Positions 1 through 10,490 are shown, numbered from the stretch's first letter. The stretch: DNA of 64,000 bases from Anaerolineales bacterium (GCA_050115475.1 JASFQL010000012.1:255-64254), one strand, 5' to 3'. Numbers and translations: made by a program. The notes: generated from the letters alone by a model not told the origin.

Positions 1-720
1 ATAAGCTCCCTGCTCGACCATGATCTCAGCCAATTCCGCTAAAGTCACCCCTTCGCTGTACCCCGTCTGTCGGCCGTCCACCACCACAATGATGAGGTGT
101 GTCCCGGCTTGGTTCAGTCCCACCGCAGTGCGTGGGTGGAGTTTCTTGTCAGATAGGCCCTCCACGACCGCACCGTCATCCACTAACAAGTTCGATCCGC
201 TGATGACGTTTTTCGCACCGCCGATGGTCCAGCTGATATCGACCTGCCTCCCCGCGCCGAAGACCAGCATGGGGGCTTTCTCATCGGATATTTCCGAATA
301 AACGACGCCATCGGACATGGCAAAACCTTGCGGAGAGACAGGGTCTCCGTCGTGGGGATAATAGAAAGGACCCATCACCCACCAGGGCTCGAAGCCATCG
401 CCGTTGACGGCAATTTTCAGGTCATATTTCTCAAGGAATTCGGAGGTTGTGCGGGCCTTCAAAGGCCGATCCGAACCGGGATTATCCGGTGGCGTGACGA
501 ACGCTTTCACACTCCCTAGCGCCAACCGGACTTCGACCGCATGGATGACCAGTTTGCGCGGGGTGTCCCGCACGATTCGCCGGTATTCGACCCCCCTGAA
601 CAATTCCTCGGTTACCGGTTTAGGGCGTCCAGGAAAGAGGATCAGGCGTCCGCAAAACCACAAAGCCATCAAACCAACGACAATAATTCCAACAATGCGA
701 AATCCTTTTTTCCAATTCAA
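1..720 (-). CDS. Phosphodiester glycosidase family protein (DUF2233/NAGPA-like) with N-terminal membrane anchor; 3' end runs off the window
   Basis: Absent from the supplied track because there is no stop inside the window. The reverse frame is open from nt 720 to nt 1. An in-frame stop at 724-726 leaves TTG 718-720 as the only upstream start. My translation begins MNWKKGFRIVGIIVVGLMALWF (TM anchor) and contains HPRTAVGLNQAGTHLIIVVVDGRQTGYSEGVTLAELAEIM, the HPRTAxG / DGRQ signature I associate with DUF2233. The + strand ORFs at 20-792 are shadows of this gene. Confidence 0.6.
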   Translation of the reverse strand, partial: MNWKKGFRIVGIIVVGLMALWFCGRLILFPGRPKPVTEELFRGVEYRRIVRDTPRKLVIHAVEVRLALGSVKAFVTPPDNPGSDRPLKARTTSEFLEKYDLKIAVNGDGFEPWWVMGPFYYPHDGDPVSPQGFAMSDGVVYSEISDEKAPMLVFGAGRQVDISWTIGGAKNVISGSNLLVDDGAVVEGLSDKKLHPRTAVGLNQAGTHLIIVVVDGRQTGYSEGVTLAELAEIMVEQGAY

Positions 721-805
721 AACCTATACACCTTTTCTTTTCTCACTGATTCCCCAAATATGTTAGCGACTATTTACAGGATTATATTTTGATTATTAAT
801 TATCA

Positions 806-1570
806 TTAATTACCACCATATGGGCAAAGCGTAACGCATTGAGAACAAATGTGGAAGGTGTGCTCGTCGAAGGATGTCAGGTTCATGAGTCTTGCTGCGG
901 ATTCACGGCGAAAAGCTCTTAATATGGCAAACTTTATTTTCGACATCAATGGTGTACGCGATGTATAGCTCAGACAGCGCATGATATTCACACGTTTTTT
1001 GTCTAATGATATCGCTTGAACTGGGCAAGCTTCAATGCAAATTCGGCAGTTAGGTGGGCAGCCAGGCTCCTCAATGTCAGGATAATGCATATCTGGCAGG
1101 GATGCCGTTGTAACAACGCCGCCCAACATCAATCTTGCGCCATATCGGGAATGGATTAACAAACCATTGCGTCCGATAATCCCGATCCCTGTTACTTCCC
1201 CCATCTTGATTTGGTTTAGATATCCAACTACCTCTCCCCTTTCATTTATCCCCATCGGTAAACAACCGAAAATGGGAATCGCTCGCTTTCCATTTTCTTC
1301 CAGCAACGTGGCGATCCTAAGAGATAGTGTGTCAAGACGGCGGTAATATATATTCTGAGAGCGCCAGATTGATTCAAGAGTATAATTTGGTGTTTTGTAT
1401 ACAGCATCAGGGACTGGTATGCCAAAACAAATTAAGCTTTCAGCACCTGGTAAGAGGTCTTCAGGTTTGTGCCCGATTGGCTCATTTGACATTCTCGAAG
1501 CTGGGCCAATACCTAAAACTTGAAAATTTTCCTCCTCGGCAACTTTACAGATTTCATCTACAATAGTCAT
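806..1570 (-). CDS. 4Fe-4S dicluster-domain protein (short QueG / reductive-dehalogenase-related type)
   Basis: 254-aa ORF with two ferredoxin-type motifs, CPPNCRICIEACP and CSQCVTLCP, in the C-terminal half. Specific function cannot be assigned by eye. Confidence 0.55.
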   Translation of the reverse strand: MTIVDEICKVAEEENFQVLGIGPASRMSNEPIGHKPEDLLPGAESLICFGIPVPDAVYKTPNYTLESIWRSQNIYYRRLDTLSLRIATLLEENGKRAIPIFGCLPMGINERGEVVGYLNQIKMGEVTGIGIIGRNGLLIHSRYGARLMLGGVVTTASLPDMHYPDIEEPGCPPNCRICIEACPVQAISLDKKRVNIMRCLSYTSRTPLMSKIKFAILRAFRRESAARLMNLTSFDEHTFHICSQCVTLCPYGGN

Positions 1571-1787
1571 AGATCCTCCTTACACATTCACATTACCTGT
1601 ATTGTATCTATCAAGAACTGATTGCTTTCTTTCCAACCATAACGGCAAAATGCACGCATATTACCATATTTTTCGTCTAGAAAGAATACACACGTAATGT
1701 AGACATGATGATTATCATGCCTTAATTTTTTTCCCCAATAGAATCAATTCTTTTTTGTATAGCTGGAATCATCCCATAGTATTCCCC

Positions 1788-3071
1788 TTACTCCCCATCC
1801 ATGATCCACAAAGCCATCTCACCTCCAACTGGGTGTCCGACCATCCAAATTGTTCCCTCTGAATCTGTAGAAACCCCTTCCACGATGATATCGGAAACCA
1901 TCTTGCTTTGATTGTCCTCAACGCATAGGATCCCTTCCCCAAAAATCCAGGGAGTGCCGCTGCCATCGAACAAGAGTGTTTGCGTGAAAAAGTACGGTTC
2001 CCCGACTGGGATCCATTCATCACCCTGGCGATGGAAACGTTTGAAATCCTCGCAGCTTTCCTCCCCACACAATAAATAACTCGCCCAAGATTCTCCTCCT
2101 GGGCTGATGACAATATCCCCCGCAAAACGATAACGTTTCGATTCTATAGATTCCGGAACAGGGTACTGCCGCCATGAGGCGGTTTTGGGGATGTATCGCC
2201 ACAAATTATCATCTACCCCCATCCACACTCGCCCACGTTCATCTTCAGCCACCGATAGCGCACATCCCTCCTTCAATGAGGTACCGCCGCCTTTCCAAAC
2301 GCCATTTTCATACCAACGCACACCCCCACCGCCAATCGGCCCTGGCCCTCCCCAAAAACAAGAGGTCACCCACATTTGATCGATTCCCTTGAGGTAATGC
2401 AGATTTATATTTCGGATAATTTCTTCGTACGGCGGAGTCGGCATTCCAAGATCATCCATGCCGAAAATCGTCCATTTCCGCCCATCGTACTTCCTAACAT
2501 CCCGCTCGGTATATATCCACACATCTCCATCAGAATCGGTGATCACCCCTTGTCCCAACATAATCCCGACGTCTTCCACGGTTTTCCATCCCCTGTCTAC
2601 CAGGATAAAATCTAATCCGCCGTCCCAATAGTATATCCTGCTGCCGTCCCCATCGACAAAGAACCACATCCGTTCGAAGTCGTCGACGCCGACCATTTGC
2701 TGTGAGTAACCCGTAATCTGTAGAAATATATCTTCACCCTCAAAAGTCGCATATCCCCGTGAGGTTGTTAATATCATCCGTCCATCAGGAAGTGACCGGA
2801 GGTCGATCACCTCTCCAAAGAGGATAGGTTCCAATACCGCTTTCAATCGAAGCGTGTCGATCTCCGATGGCAGTGTTGGCGTGGGCGTGTGAGGTTCTTC
2901 TTGTATCGACGTGGGTTTCAATGTAGGAGTAGGCGGCAGAGGAGATTCAGTGGTCGATTGGCTTACTGAAGTCTCACTTGGGAGGGTTTCGGTAGGATTC
3001 GTAGAGCTAGACGTGCAGGCTGATAGCACGATTAACACAAAAAACAGATATACGATTTTTTGGTTGGGCAT
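1788..3071 (-). CDS. Secreted lipoprotein with Pro/Thr-rich linker and beta-propeller-like repeats
   Basis: 427-aa ORF. Lipobox-like signal (LIVLSAC-TSS), a ~70-aa P/T/S-rich linker, then W/G/D-rich repeats (DGDVWIYT, GRVWMGV, GTIWMVG) reminiscent of two-component-regulator propeller repeats. Confidence 0.55.
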   Translation of the reverse strand: MPNQKIVYLFFVLIVLSACTSSSTNPTETLPSETSVSQSTTESPLPPTPTLKPTSIQEEPHTPTPTLPSEIDTLRLKAVLEPILFGEVIDLRSLPDGRMILTTSRGYATFEGEDIFLQITGYSQQMVGVDDFERMWFFVDGDGSRIYYWDGGLDFILVDRGWKTVEDVGIMLGQGVITDSDGDVWIYTERDVRKYDGRKWTIFGMDDLGMPTPPYEEIIRNINLHYLKGIDQMWVTSCFWGGPGPIGGGGVRWYENGVWKGGGTSLKEGCALSVAEDERGRVWMGVDDNLWRYIPKTASWRQYPVPESIESKRYRFAGDIVISPGGESWASYLLCGEESCEDFKRFHRQGDEWIPVGEPYFFTQTLLFDGSGTPWIFGEGILCVEDNQSKMVSDIIVEGVSTDSEGTIWMVGHPVGGEMALWIMDGE

Positions 3072-3299
3072 ATTCTTCTCCCTGATTGGCGTCTCAGGAT
3101 ATTTGCGACAATGCCCTATAGATTGTCTTCTTCTCTTCCTTACGAACTATCCTGGTTGTTGATATTTTTCTACGAACTATAACACGCTCGAAGGTGTCGC
3201 GTGTCGTTTTATTAAAAGGATATCAGTACTAATAATACTTCCCAAATTAAAAACTTCTTGCTATCTTTCAACTTCAATCAACAATCCTCAATTTCAAGT

Positions 3300-4193
3300 C
3301 TACACGACAGCATACTCTACATCCTTCTCCTGCATCGCCTTGAAGGAGGTTATTGCCACTTCCAGCATCGCCAAATCTGGCTCGTTGGTTGTTAAATGCT
3401 GTAATGCCAGATTGGGTTTTATCAACAACCGTATCAAGGGATTATCGAGGTTTCTCGCCGTCCAGCGAGTATATTCGTAAGCGATAGTAGCCAAGACGGG
3501 AATCAGTAAGATTCGTACTCCCAGCTTGATCCAAATCGACTCGAAGGGACCAACGAGTGAGAACAGTAAAATCGAGAACACCACTACAGTCAAAATGAAG
3601 GCTGTGCCGCAGCGGGGATGTTTAACGGATTGTTTCGAGACTTCTTCAGGGGATAAATCCACCCCGGCTTCCACAGCATTGATCGTCTTATGCTCTGCCC
3701 CATGATAGGAGAACACACGTTTGATGTCTTCCATCCGCCCCACACCCCAAATGTATCCGACAAGGATCGCCAACCTGAGAAGACCTTCGACCAGATTAGT
3801 CATCCAATTGCTGTCGAAATTCAACCAATCTTGAAGACAATGTCCGGCTGCTGCAGGGACCAGGAAAAAGAGTCCGATGGACAATGCCAGAGAAAACGCC
3901 AGGGTCAGGTAAAGAGCTGGTCCTTCTAGCTGTTCATCTTCGTCACCCTGCAGATTCGCCGAGATGGTCAGCGCCCGCATCCCTAAAATCAATGCATCCC
4001 ATAAAGCGATAACGCCGCGTAAAAAAGGGATTTTAATAATTTTGCTTTTATAGATATCCCCTAGCGGTTCAGTGTGTAGCACGATCTCCTGTTGGGGAGA
4101 ACGCATGGCAATCGCAACCGCATTTTCCCCACGCATCATCACCCCCTCTATTACAGCTTGTCCGCCGTACGATGTCAATTTATCTCTACTCAT
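3300..4193 (-). CDS. DUF1385 domain-containing membrane protein
   Basis: 297-aa ORF. The N-terminal YGGQAVIEGVMMRG motif and HGAEHK motif are typical of DUF1385. Several hydrophobic helices. Confidence 0.8.
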   Translation of the reverse strand: MSRDKLTSYGGQAVIEGVMMRGENAVAIAMRSPQQEIVLHTEPLGDIYKSKIIKIPFLRGVIALWDALILGMRALTISANLQGDEDEQLEGPALYLTLAFSLALSIGLFFLVPAAAGHCLQDWLNFDSNWMTNLVEGLLRLAILVGYIWGVGRMEDIKRVFSYHGAEHKTINAVEAGVDLSPEEVSKQSVKHPRCGTAFILTVVVFSILLFSLVGPFESIWIKLGVRILLIPVLATIAYEYTRWTARNLDNPLIRLLIKPNLALQHLTTNEPDLAMLEVAITSFKAMQEKDVEYAVV

Positions 4194-4195
4194 CT

Positions 4196-5572
4196 TTACT
4201 CAGCTAAATTATGGAAGTAATGGATCAACGCCTTGATACCTTTATACCAGGGTTCCAAAGTAAGCTTCTCGTTCGGAGCGTGCAGGTTATCATCCGGCAG
4301 TCCAAATCCACTCAAGACGGAATCGACATCCAGGATCGTCTCCATTTGAGAGACGACTGGTATACTTCCCCCCACCCGGAAATATAAGGGGGCTTTTCCC
4401 CACACGCTTTCTAGCGCCTTCGCTAAGGCTTTCACGCCCATAGAATCACGCGGGGTGATCGAAGCCGGAGCACCTGCCATCGCTTCAACTTCCCAGGTGA
4501 TGCCTTCGCTGGCATTCTCTTTCAAGTACTGGAGTAACTGCTTATGCACTTCATCCGGATCCTGTTCCGGCACCAGGCGAAACGATATTTTCGCCATTGC
4601 TTTAGAGGGTAATACGGTTTTCCCACCTTCGCCTGTGTAGCCAGAAAGGAAACCGTTCACGTCGAAGGATGGCCGCCCACCGACACGTTCGACCGGAGTA
4701 AAGCCTTTCTCTCCATCCAAAGCTTGAGCGCCGGAGAGTTTCAAGAAATAAGCTTCGTCCATTGGAAGCCTGGCGAGTTCATCCCGTTCCTCTTTATCCA
4801 TCTCCCGCACACGGTCGTAGAAACCCGGTAAAGTGATATGCCGGTTTCCATCCATCATCCCCCCGATGAGGCGGGCCAATTCGTTGGCCGGATTGACGAC
4901 CGTTCCGCCAAATATCCCGGAATGCAAATCTCCCGTTGGCCCCTGAACGTTGATCTCGAAATAAGCCATTCCCCGTAAGGCATAGGGGATCGTTGGTAAA
5001 TCTGCTCCGAGCATACCGCCGTCGGGGTTGAGGGCAAAATCGCAGCTCAACAGTATTTTGTTTTCCTCGATAAACGGCGCCAGGCTGGGGGAACCGATCT
5101 CCTCCTCCCCCTCGATGAGGAATTTAATGTTTACCGGCAGTCCTCCATGTGTATGGATGGCGTCTACAGCGCTGATACTGGCGATTACCTGGCCTTTCAT
5201 ATCCGAAGCCCCCCGTCCATATAGATTGCCATTGCGTAAAGTCGGTTCGAACGGGGGAGTCTCCCACAGGTCCAGCGGATCAGGGGGCTGGACATCATAA
5301 TGCCCGTAAATCAACACGGTCGGTGCATCTTTTCCTGCCTTCAGGCATTCAGCATACACCACAGGATGCCCAGCCGTTTTCATCACCTGGACTTCATCCA
5401 TGCCAATGTCTTTGAGCTTCTTCACCAACCAATCCGCGGCGGTTTTCATATCGTCTTTGAATTTAGAATCCGCAGATATGGAAGGAATTCTGGTCAATTC
5501 AACCAGTTCATCGAAATAGCGGTCTTTATTATTTTCAGCGTAGTCTATTGCTTCACTTCTATGATCACTCAT
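4196..5572 (-). CDS. M20 family metallopeptidase (dipeptidase-like)
   Basis: 458-aa ORF. The YGHYDVQPPDPLDLWETPPFEP...LYGRGASDMKGQ block is characteristic of M20 dipeptidases. Only 2 nt separate it from the downstream DUF1385 gene. Confidence 0.85.
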   Translation of the reverse strand: MSDHRSEAIDYAENNKDRYFDELVELTRIPSISADSKFKDDMKTAADWLVKKLKDIGMDEVQVMKTAGHPVVYAECLKAGKDAPTVLIYGHYDVQPPDPLDLWETPPFEPTLRNGNLYGRGASDMKGQVIASISAVDAIHTHGGLPVNIKFLIEGEEEIGSPSLAPFIEENKILLSCDFALNPDGGMLGADLPTIPYALRGMAYFEINVQGPTGDLHSGIFGGTVVNPANELARLIGGMMDGNRHITLPGFYDRVREMDKEERDELARLPMDEAYFLKLSGAQALDGEKGFTPVERVGGRPSFDVNGFLSGYTGEGGKTVLPSKAMAKISFRLVPEQDPDEVHKQLLQYLKENASEGITWEVEAMAGAPASITPRDSMGVKALAKALESVWGKAPLYFRVGGSIPVVSQMETILDVDSVLSGFGLPDDNLHAPNEKLTLEPWYKGIKALIHYFHNLAE

Positions 5573-5660
5573 TGTATCCTCTCCATGGTTGTTTGCCCGT
5601 CAAATTATACCAATTTACATCAATATCGATGCTGTACATTTTACACCCCTTACCAATGGC

Positions 5661-6218
5661 TTACCTATTCAAATGCCGTTTCATGAATATCGCCACTTCC
5701 CCCGCCGCGATCTCTTTTTCAGGGTAATAAGTCAGGTCAATGCCATCGACTACAAATCCCAGCTTGCGGTAAAATCGGATCGCCGGGACGTTCGTATTCT
5801 GGGTTTCGCATACCACCACGCGAAAATCTTTTTCTTTCGCCTGATCGATCACCGCATCCATCAACTTCGTTCCCACCCCTTTCCGCTGGTATTCGGCATC
5901 GATATGGAAATCCCAAACCCATAAGGAGTTGTTCCACTCCCTCTCCTCTGAGATGGCGATGCCAACCAGTCGTTTCCCATCAAATGCTCCCAGAGATAAT
6001 CCCTGTTTTACAGCACCTTCAAGATAGTCCTCCAGATCATCATCCTGGCCGAACCGTTTCACGTATGGCCGGTCAAGCGGTTGAAGTTTCATCGTGAAGT
6101 AGGTCTCATCTTCCGTTTCTGTTTTCCACACCAAATACTTTTCCGGTGATGTATAGCCAGCTGTCAGTTCACGATAGCGTTTGCGGTCAAACTGCGTCAA
6201 TTTGTCTATTCGAATCAT
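5661..6218 (-). CDS. GNAT family N-acetyltransferase (streptothricin-acetyltransferase-like)
   Basis: 185-aa ORF with acetyl-CoA binding motif QRKGVGTKLM and the NVPAIRFYRKLGF C-terminal block. Confidence 0.8.
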   Translation of the reverse strand: MIRIDKLTQFDRKRYRELTAGYTSPEKYLVWKTETEDETYFTMKLQPLDRPYVKRFGQDDDLEDYLEGAVKQGLSLGAFDGKRLVGIAISEEREWNNSLWVWDFHIDAEYQRKGVGTKLMDAVIDQAKEKDFRVVVCETQNTNVPAIRFYRKLGFVVDGIDLTYYPEKEIAAGEVAIFMKRHLNR

Positions 6219-6298
6219 AGAATAATTTAACCACAGATAGTATCTTTCTGTATTCGTTTGTGTTCAATCGTGATTGATGGAAATACTTTCGTGCTAAA

Positions 6299-6943
6299 AT
6301 GGTCAAGGACATGAAAAAGAAAAACAATTCTCGATGGCTCCTATGGGCGCGTGAGATTCAAGCCTTAGCCCAAACCGGTAATACGTATGCCCAAAACGAG
6401 TTCGATGCCCAGCGCTACCATCGCCTCACGGAGATCGCCGCAGAGATCATCGCCTCTCATTCCAACTTGACAGAAAACGAACTGATGGAAATCTATAAGG
6501 GGCAGCAAGGCTACGCCACGCCCAAAGTAGACCTGCGGAGCGCCGTCTTCAATACTGATGGAGAGTTGTTGATGGTCCAGGAGCGTATTGACGGTACCTG
6601 GACGATGCCAGGGGGATGGGCCGACGTTGGGGACGTCCCCTCGGAGGGGGCTGAACGAGAGGTGTGGGAAGAAGCTGGTTTCAAAGTTAAAGCCGCCAAA
6701 GTGGTGGGTGTGTATAATGTGAAATTCCCACCGGGAATGATTTTATTTCACCTCTATAAAATCGTCTATTTATGCGACCTGATCGAGGGGAAAGCCCGTC
6801 CCAGCATCGAGACCACCGACGTGCGTTTTTTCAAGCGTGAGGATATTCCCGAAGATTTATTAGGATTCCGCACGACTGTCCGCCACATCGACGACGCCTT
6901 CAAAGCCCACACCGATTCATCCCTACCGACTGTGTTCGATTAG
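6299..6943 (+). CDS. NUDIX hydrolase with N-terminal Nudix_N_2-type helical domain
   Basis: 214-aa ORF with Nudix box GGWADVGDVPSEGAEREVWEEAGF (GX5EX7REUXEEXGU). The N-terminal WLLWAREIQALAQTGNTYAQNEFDAQRY block is typical of this subfamily. Confidence 0.85.
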   Translation: MVKDMKKKNNSRWLLWAREIQALAQTGNTYAQNEFDAQRYHRLTEIAAEIIASHSNLTENELMEIYKGQQGYATPKVDLRSAVFNTDGELLMVQERIDGTWTMPGGWADVGDVPSEGAEREVWEEAGFKVKAAKVVGVYNVKFPPGMILFHLYKIVYLCDLIEGKARPSIETTDVRFFKREDIPEDLLGFRTTVRHIDDAFKAHTDSSLPTVFD

Positions 6944-6960
6944 AAAAAAGGGTAGAAACA

Positions 6961-8310
6961 ATGTTAATTACCAATGGGAAAATTATCACCTGGGAAAAAG
7001 AAAATCGGATCCTCGAAGATCACGCCATCTATATAAAAGATAAACTCATCACCGAGATCGAACCCCAGGTAAAGCTCGAGAAAAAATATCCGGATGAAGA
7101 AAAGGTCGATGCAGGCGGCCAATTCGTTATGCCGGGGAATATCTGCGCCCACACCCACTTCTACGGCGCTTATGCACGCGGAATGGCAATCACCGGGAAC
7201 CCACCCAAAGACTTCCCAGAAATCCTGGAAAAATTGTGGTGGCCGCTGGACAAAGCTCTCGATGAAAACAGCGTCCGCCTATCAGCGCTGGTACATCTGG
7301 TTGACGCCGTCAAACACGGCACTACCACATTGATCGACCACCACGCTTCCCCCAACTTCATCCACGGTTCACTGGACGTCATTGCAGATGCTGTCGATAG
7401 TTCGGGATTACGGGGTGTCTTGTGCTACGAAGTGACCGACCGTGATGGTGTGGATAAAGCTGAAGCAGGAATCTCTGAAAACACCCGCTTCATCCAGCGG
7501 CTCCATGAAGAAAAGTTAGCGGACGGACGCCTTGCCGCCACTTTCGGCCTGCACGCCAGCCTGACCCTCTCCGATGAGACCCTGGACGCCTGCGTTGAAG
7601 CCGCCGAGGAGGGCTGCGGCTTCCACCTCCACGTGGCCGAGCATGAAGTAGATGAGTATGACAGCCTCTACAAATCCGGTCTGCGCGTCGTTGACCGCCT
7701 GCAAAAACACGGTCTGTTGGGGCCGCGCTCGATCGTCGTCCACGGCGTACACATCGACGCCGCCGAAATGGCGCTCTTAGCCGAAACCGGAACCTGGCTC
7801 ACCCACCAACCCCGCTCGAATATGAACAACGGCGTGGGCCTCCCCGAAGTTGAACAGATGATGCGTATGGGTGTGAAAGTGTGTCTGGGTAACGATGGCT
7901 TCACCCAGGACATGTGGACGGAATGGAAGACGGCCTACCTCGCCCATAAACTTTGGCACCGCGATCCCCGCCGCATGACCGGGATGGACGTCGTTCAAAT
8001 GGCAATCTACAACAACGCAGCCCTGGCTGGTGTCTTCTTCCCGGATGCTCCCCTGGGGATACTCACCCCTGGCGCGTATGCCGACCTCATCTTCGTCGAT
8101 TACCACCCCACCACGACCCTCACCCCCGGCAACCTCCCCTGGCACATCATCTTCGGCTTCCATGAAAGTACGGTCACCAGCACGTTGGTCGCTGGAAAAT
8201 TCCTCATGCGAAACCGCAAGCTGCTCTCTCTTGATGAGGCTGAGATTACTGCGCAGGCGCGTGCATTGGCTCCTCAAGTTTGGGAACGCTACAACCAATA
8301 CGCCCAATGA
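6961..8310 (+). CDS. Amidohydrolase family protein (SsnA / chlorohydrolase-like)
   Basis: 449-aa ORF with a metal-binding HTHF motif near the N-terminus, HVAEH, and length and layout like SsnA-type aminohydrolases. Confidence 0.75.
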   Translation: MLITNGKIITWEKENRILEDHAIYIKDKLITEIEPQVKLEKKYPDEEKVDAGGQFVMPGNICAHTHFYGAYARGMAITGNPPKDFPEILEKLWWPLDKALDENSVRLSALVHLVDAVKHGTTTLIDHHASPNFIHGSLDVIADAVDSSGLRGVLCYEVTDRDGVDKAEAGISENTRFIQRLHEEKLADGRLAATFGLHASLTLSDETLDACVEAAEEGCGFHLHVAEHEVDEYDSLYKSGLRVVDRLQKHGLLGPRSIVVHGVHIDAAEMALLAETGTWLTHQPRSNMNNGVGLPEVEQMMRMGVKVCLGNDGFTQDMWTEWKTAYLAHKLWHRDPRRMTGMDVVQMAIYNNAALAGVFFPDAPLGILTPGAYADLIFVDYHPTTTLTPGNLPWHIIFGFHESTVTSTLVAGKFLMRNRKLLSLDEAEITAQARALAPQVWERYNQYAQ

Positions 8311-9176
8311 TCCATCCCGGTCTGGCAGATAAACCGATCCCCCCTGATATCGATCTCACCTGGGAACAAATCGCCCGAAAAGTCAACGACCACACTCTGG
8401 CCGTCCAGTTGTGGCTGGATACGCGTTCCCCGACCGCATCCAGATACGATGGCCTGGGGGTATCTTGCGGCGCTACCGGCATCCAGGTTCCTCTCCTCAA
8501 CCAGGCATTGGGTGCCAACTATCCACCCAACTGCCCATCGGATGAAATCGCAAGTGAGATTCAGGCCGTTCGTTCCTTCTTTGAAGACCTCGGCGTTCCG
8601 TATTTTTGGTGGCTCAGCCCCTTCTGCCGGCCAGACGATATGCCCAATTACCTGGAAAGAAGCGGATTGTCCGGTCGTGACCGTCCCCTTCCCGCCATGG
8701 CCGCTTTTTTAGATTCAGAGATTGAATATAAAAAAGATCCTGAGATTGAGGTATGGAAAGCCAAAGACATCGATGATTTGAAAACAGCGGGTTTCATCCG
8801 CTATACAGGCTTCCGCTTCCCCGAAGGAATTGGCCTGGATTATTTCGAAGCCATGCCCGGTGCCTGGCTCGATCCAGATGGACCTGCCCACCTCTACCTG
8901 GCTGCGATCCGTGAGGGTCCACCAGCAGCTATCGGCGCATTGATTTACGGGGCAGAGATGCCCGGTGTATATGTGATGGCGACCCTGCCGGAATGGCAGC
9001 AGAAAGGCCTAGGCAAGGCTATCCTCGCCCATATTTTGGAAGAAGCCGCAGCGCATTCAGGTGCCCCCATAATTGGCCTCACTGCTTCCCCCATCGGTTT
9101 TAGGCTTTACAGTCAGTTTGGTTTCACGCATATATTTGATTATCGAATTTATCATACCCACCCAAATGCATCTTAA
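8307..9176 (+). CDS. GNAT family acetyltransferase (C-terminal GNAT fold)
   Basis: I moved the start from the track position 8280 to ATG 8307, which overlaps the TGA of the amidohydrolase (ATGA at 8307-8310). The C-terminal QQKGLGKAIL...GFRLYSQFGF is a GNAT acetyl-CoA motif. Confidence 0.65.
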   Translation: MIHPGLADKPIPPDIDLTWEQIARKVNDHTLAVQLWLDTRSPTASRYDGLGVSCGATGIQVPLLNQALGANYPPNCPSDEIASEIQAVRSFFEDLGVPYFWWLSPFCRPDDMPNYLERSGLSGRDRPLPAMAAFLDSEIEYKKDPEIEVWKAKDIDDLKTAGFIRYTGFRFPEGIGLDYFEAMPGAWLDPDGPAHLYLAAIREGPPAAIGALIYGAEMPGVYVMATLPEWQQKGLGKAILAHILEEAAAHSGAPIIGLTASPIGFRLYSQFGFTHIFDYRIYHTHPNAS

Positions 9177-9208
9177 TCATCTACTCATCAATAAAATTGC
9201 ACTTCATA

Positions 9209-10279
9209 CTATAAATTTTTCCTACCTCCTCGCTTGAAAGCCTGATAACCCTGACCAATCCAAAAACTTTTCCCAGCTCCATTCCAGTTAAAAACCTTCA
9301 CTTCTATAAGAGAGATACTATTATCCACAAAGAATTTTCCGAGTGATTGCTCCAATTTTCGTGCATACCCTCTACTCTGATACTTGGGGAGATGAATAAA
9401 ATCAACGATTGAACCGATATTTTCACACGATGCCATAAATCTCGGGGCTGGGCAAGGCACGATTTCTCCAACCATAAATCCAATTATTGCGTCACCATCT
9501 TTAGCAATGATTATCCTTGAAGAAGGACTGTGCAGATGCTTTTCAATCAACTCCATTAGGAATTTTCTTGATTGTTGTTTATTTCTTATCGTGTCTTTGA
9601 GAAACGGATCATCCGCGTTTTTTGTAATGGTCGCAACTTCTTCATATAAATCGAGTAGTTGTGGCAAGTCTTCAGACACCATTTCCCTGATAACGAAATG
9701 ATTGTTTTCTGGAAAAGCATCGTTTTCAAATTCATTTCTTCCTCCCCCTTCTCCGGATACTTGCTTTCTCATCATTTCATAAAAAGTTTGATAACCATAT
9801 TTGGGCCAGGTATTGGCAGCAAGTTCATTCCCTAAAAAATAATCTAGCTCCACCCATTGCATCCCTTTATCCTTAAAGAATGTGGTTAAACTACTCTCAA
9901 GTTTTCTCATGATCCCTTGCTTCCGGTAAGGTTCCAGGATATGAGCCAAATCCAAATACCCCACTTCTAAACCGCTTGATATGCATAGAGGGACAGAACA
10001 ATTCATCACCCTTCCATCAACAAGTCCAACCACCTTACTATCGATCACAGCTACGAATATGGCCCGATTCGGGTCGGCAGCTTTCACGATTTTCCGTAAA
10101 CCGGCCACATTCTCTTCTCGGATTCTTTCCTGATTTTCCAGTTTCGCAGAACTATCCCTGTAAGCATCCTTAACCCCTCTAATCGCATAAAGGCCCTGAG
10201 TGAGATATATTTCCGCAGTTCCTTCAACATCAACTTCTGTTATCAGTCTGATATCCATTGTTTTGTCCTTCCAACCCAT
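9209..10279 (-). CDS. Tandem-GNAT (two acetyltransferase domains) protein
   Basis: 356-aa ORF with two GNAT cores, RKQGIMRKLE...YGYQTF and QSRGYARKLE...QGYQAF, each preceded by an (A/V)IIGF/VVGLV strand motif. Confidence 0.7.
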   Translation of the reverse strand: MGWKDKTMDIRLITEVDVEGTAEIYLTQGLYAIRGVKDAYRDSSAKLENQERIREENVAGLRKIVKAADPNRAIFVAVIDSKVVGLVDGRVMNCSVPLCISSGLEVGYLDLAHILEPYRKQGIMRKLESSLTTFFKDKGMQWVELDYFLGNELAANTWPKYGYQTFYEMMRKQVSGEGGGRNEFENDAFPENNHFVIREMVSEDLPQLLDLYEEVATITKNADDPFLKDTIRNKQQSRKFLMELIEKHLHSPSSRIIIAKDGDAIIGFMVGEIVPCPAPRFMASCENIGSIVDFIHLPKYQSRGYARKLEQSLGKFFVDNSISLIEVKVFNWNGAGKSFWIGQGYQAFKRGGRKNL

Positions 10280-10490
10280 TCAATCAGAGTTTTTCCATCC
10301 AAACGATTATACCTTTTATAGTAGCTAATTACTTATTTACTCAAACATTACGAAGAATACTTCTGTCACGCTTCGCAACAGGAAATACTTAATATCTAAT
10401 CAAAAAACCTCGTAAAGCCCCCAAAGAAGCTTTCTTTCCAGTATACTTATTGGTATCAATAGAACATCAATCGAATTGGAGGATAGATAG

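Noticed and set aside
20-792. Four + strand ORFs (93, 63, 120 and 83 aa) at the left edge
   Set aside because: Their translations are low-complexity and motif-free. The opposite strand carries a continuous open frame (1-720) with a TM anchor and DUF2233-type motifs, so these are shadow ORFs.
3241-3300. CAA/TCAA-rich stretch that looked like a second heptamer repeat
   Set aside because: The CAAT spacing is 7, 7 and 6 with other irregular CAA copies. It is low-complexity AT-rich intergenic DNA, not a registered tandem repeat.
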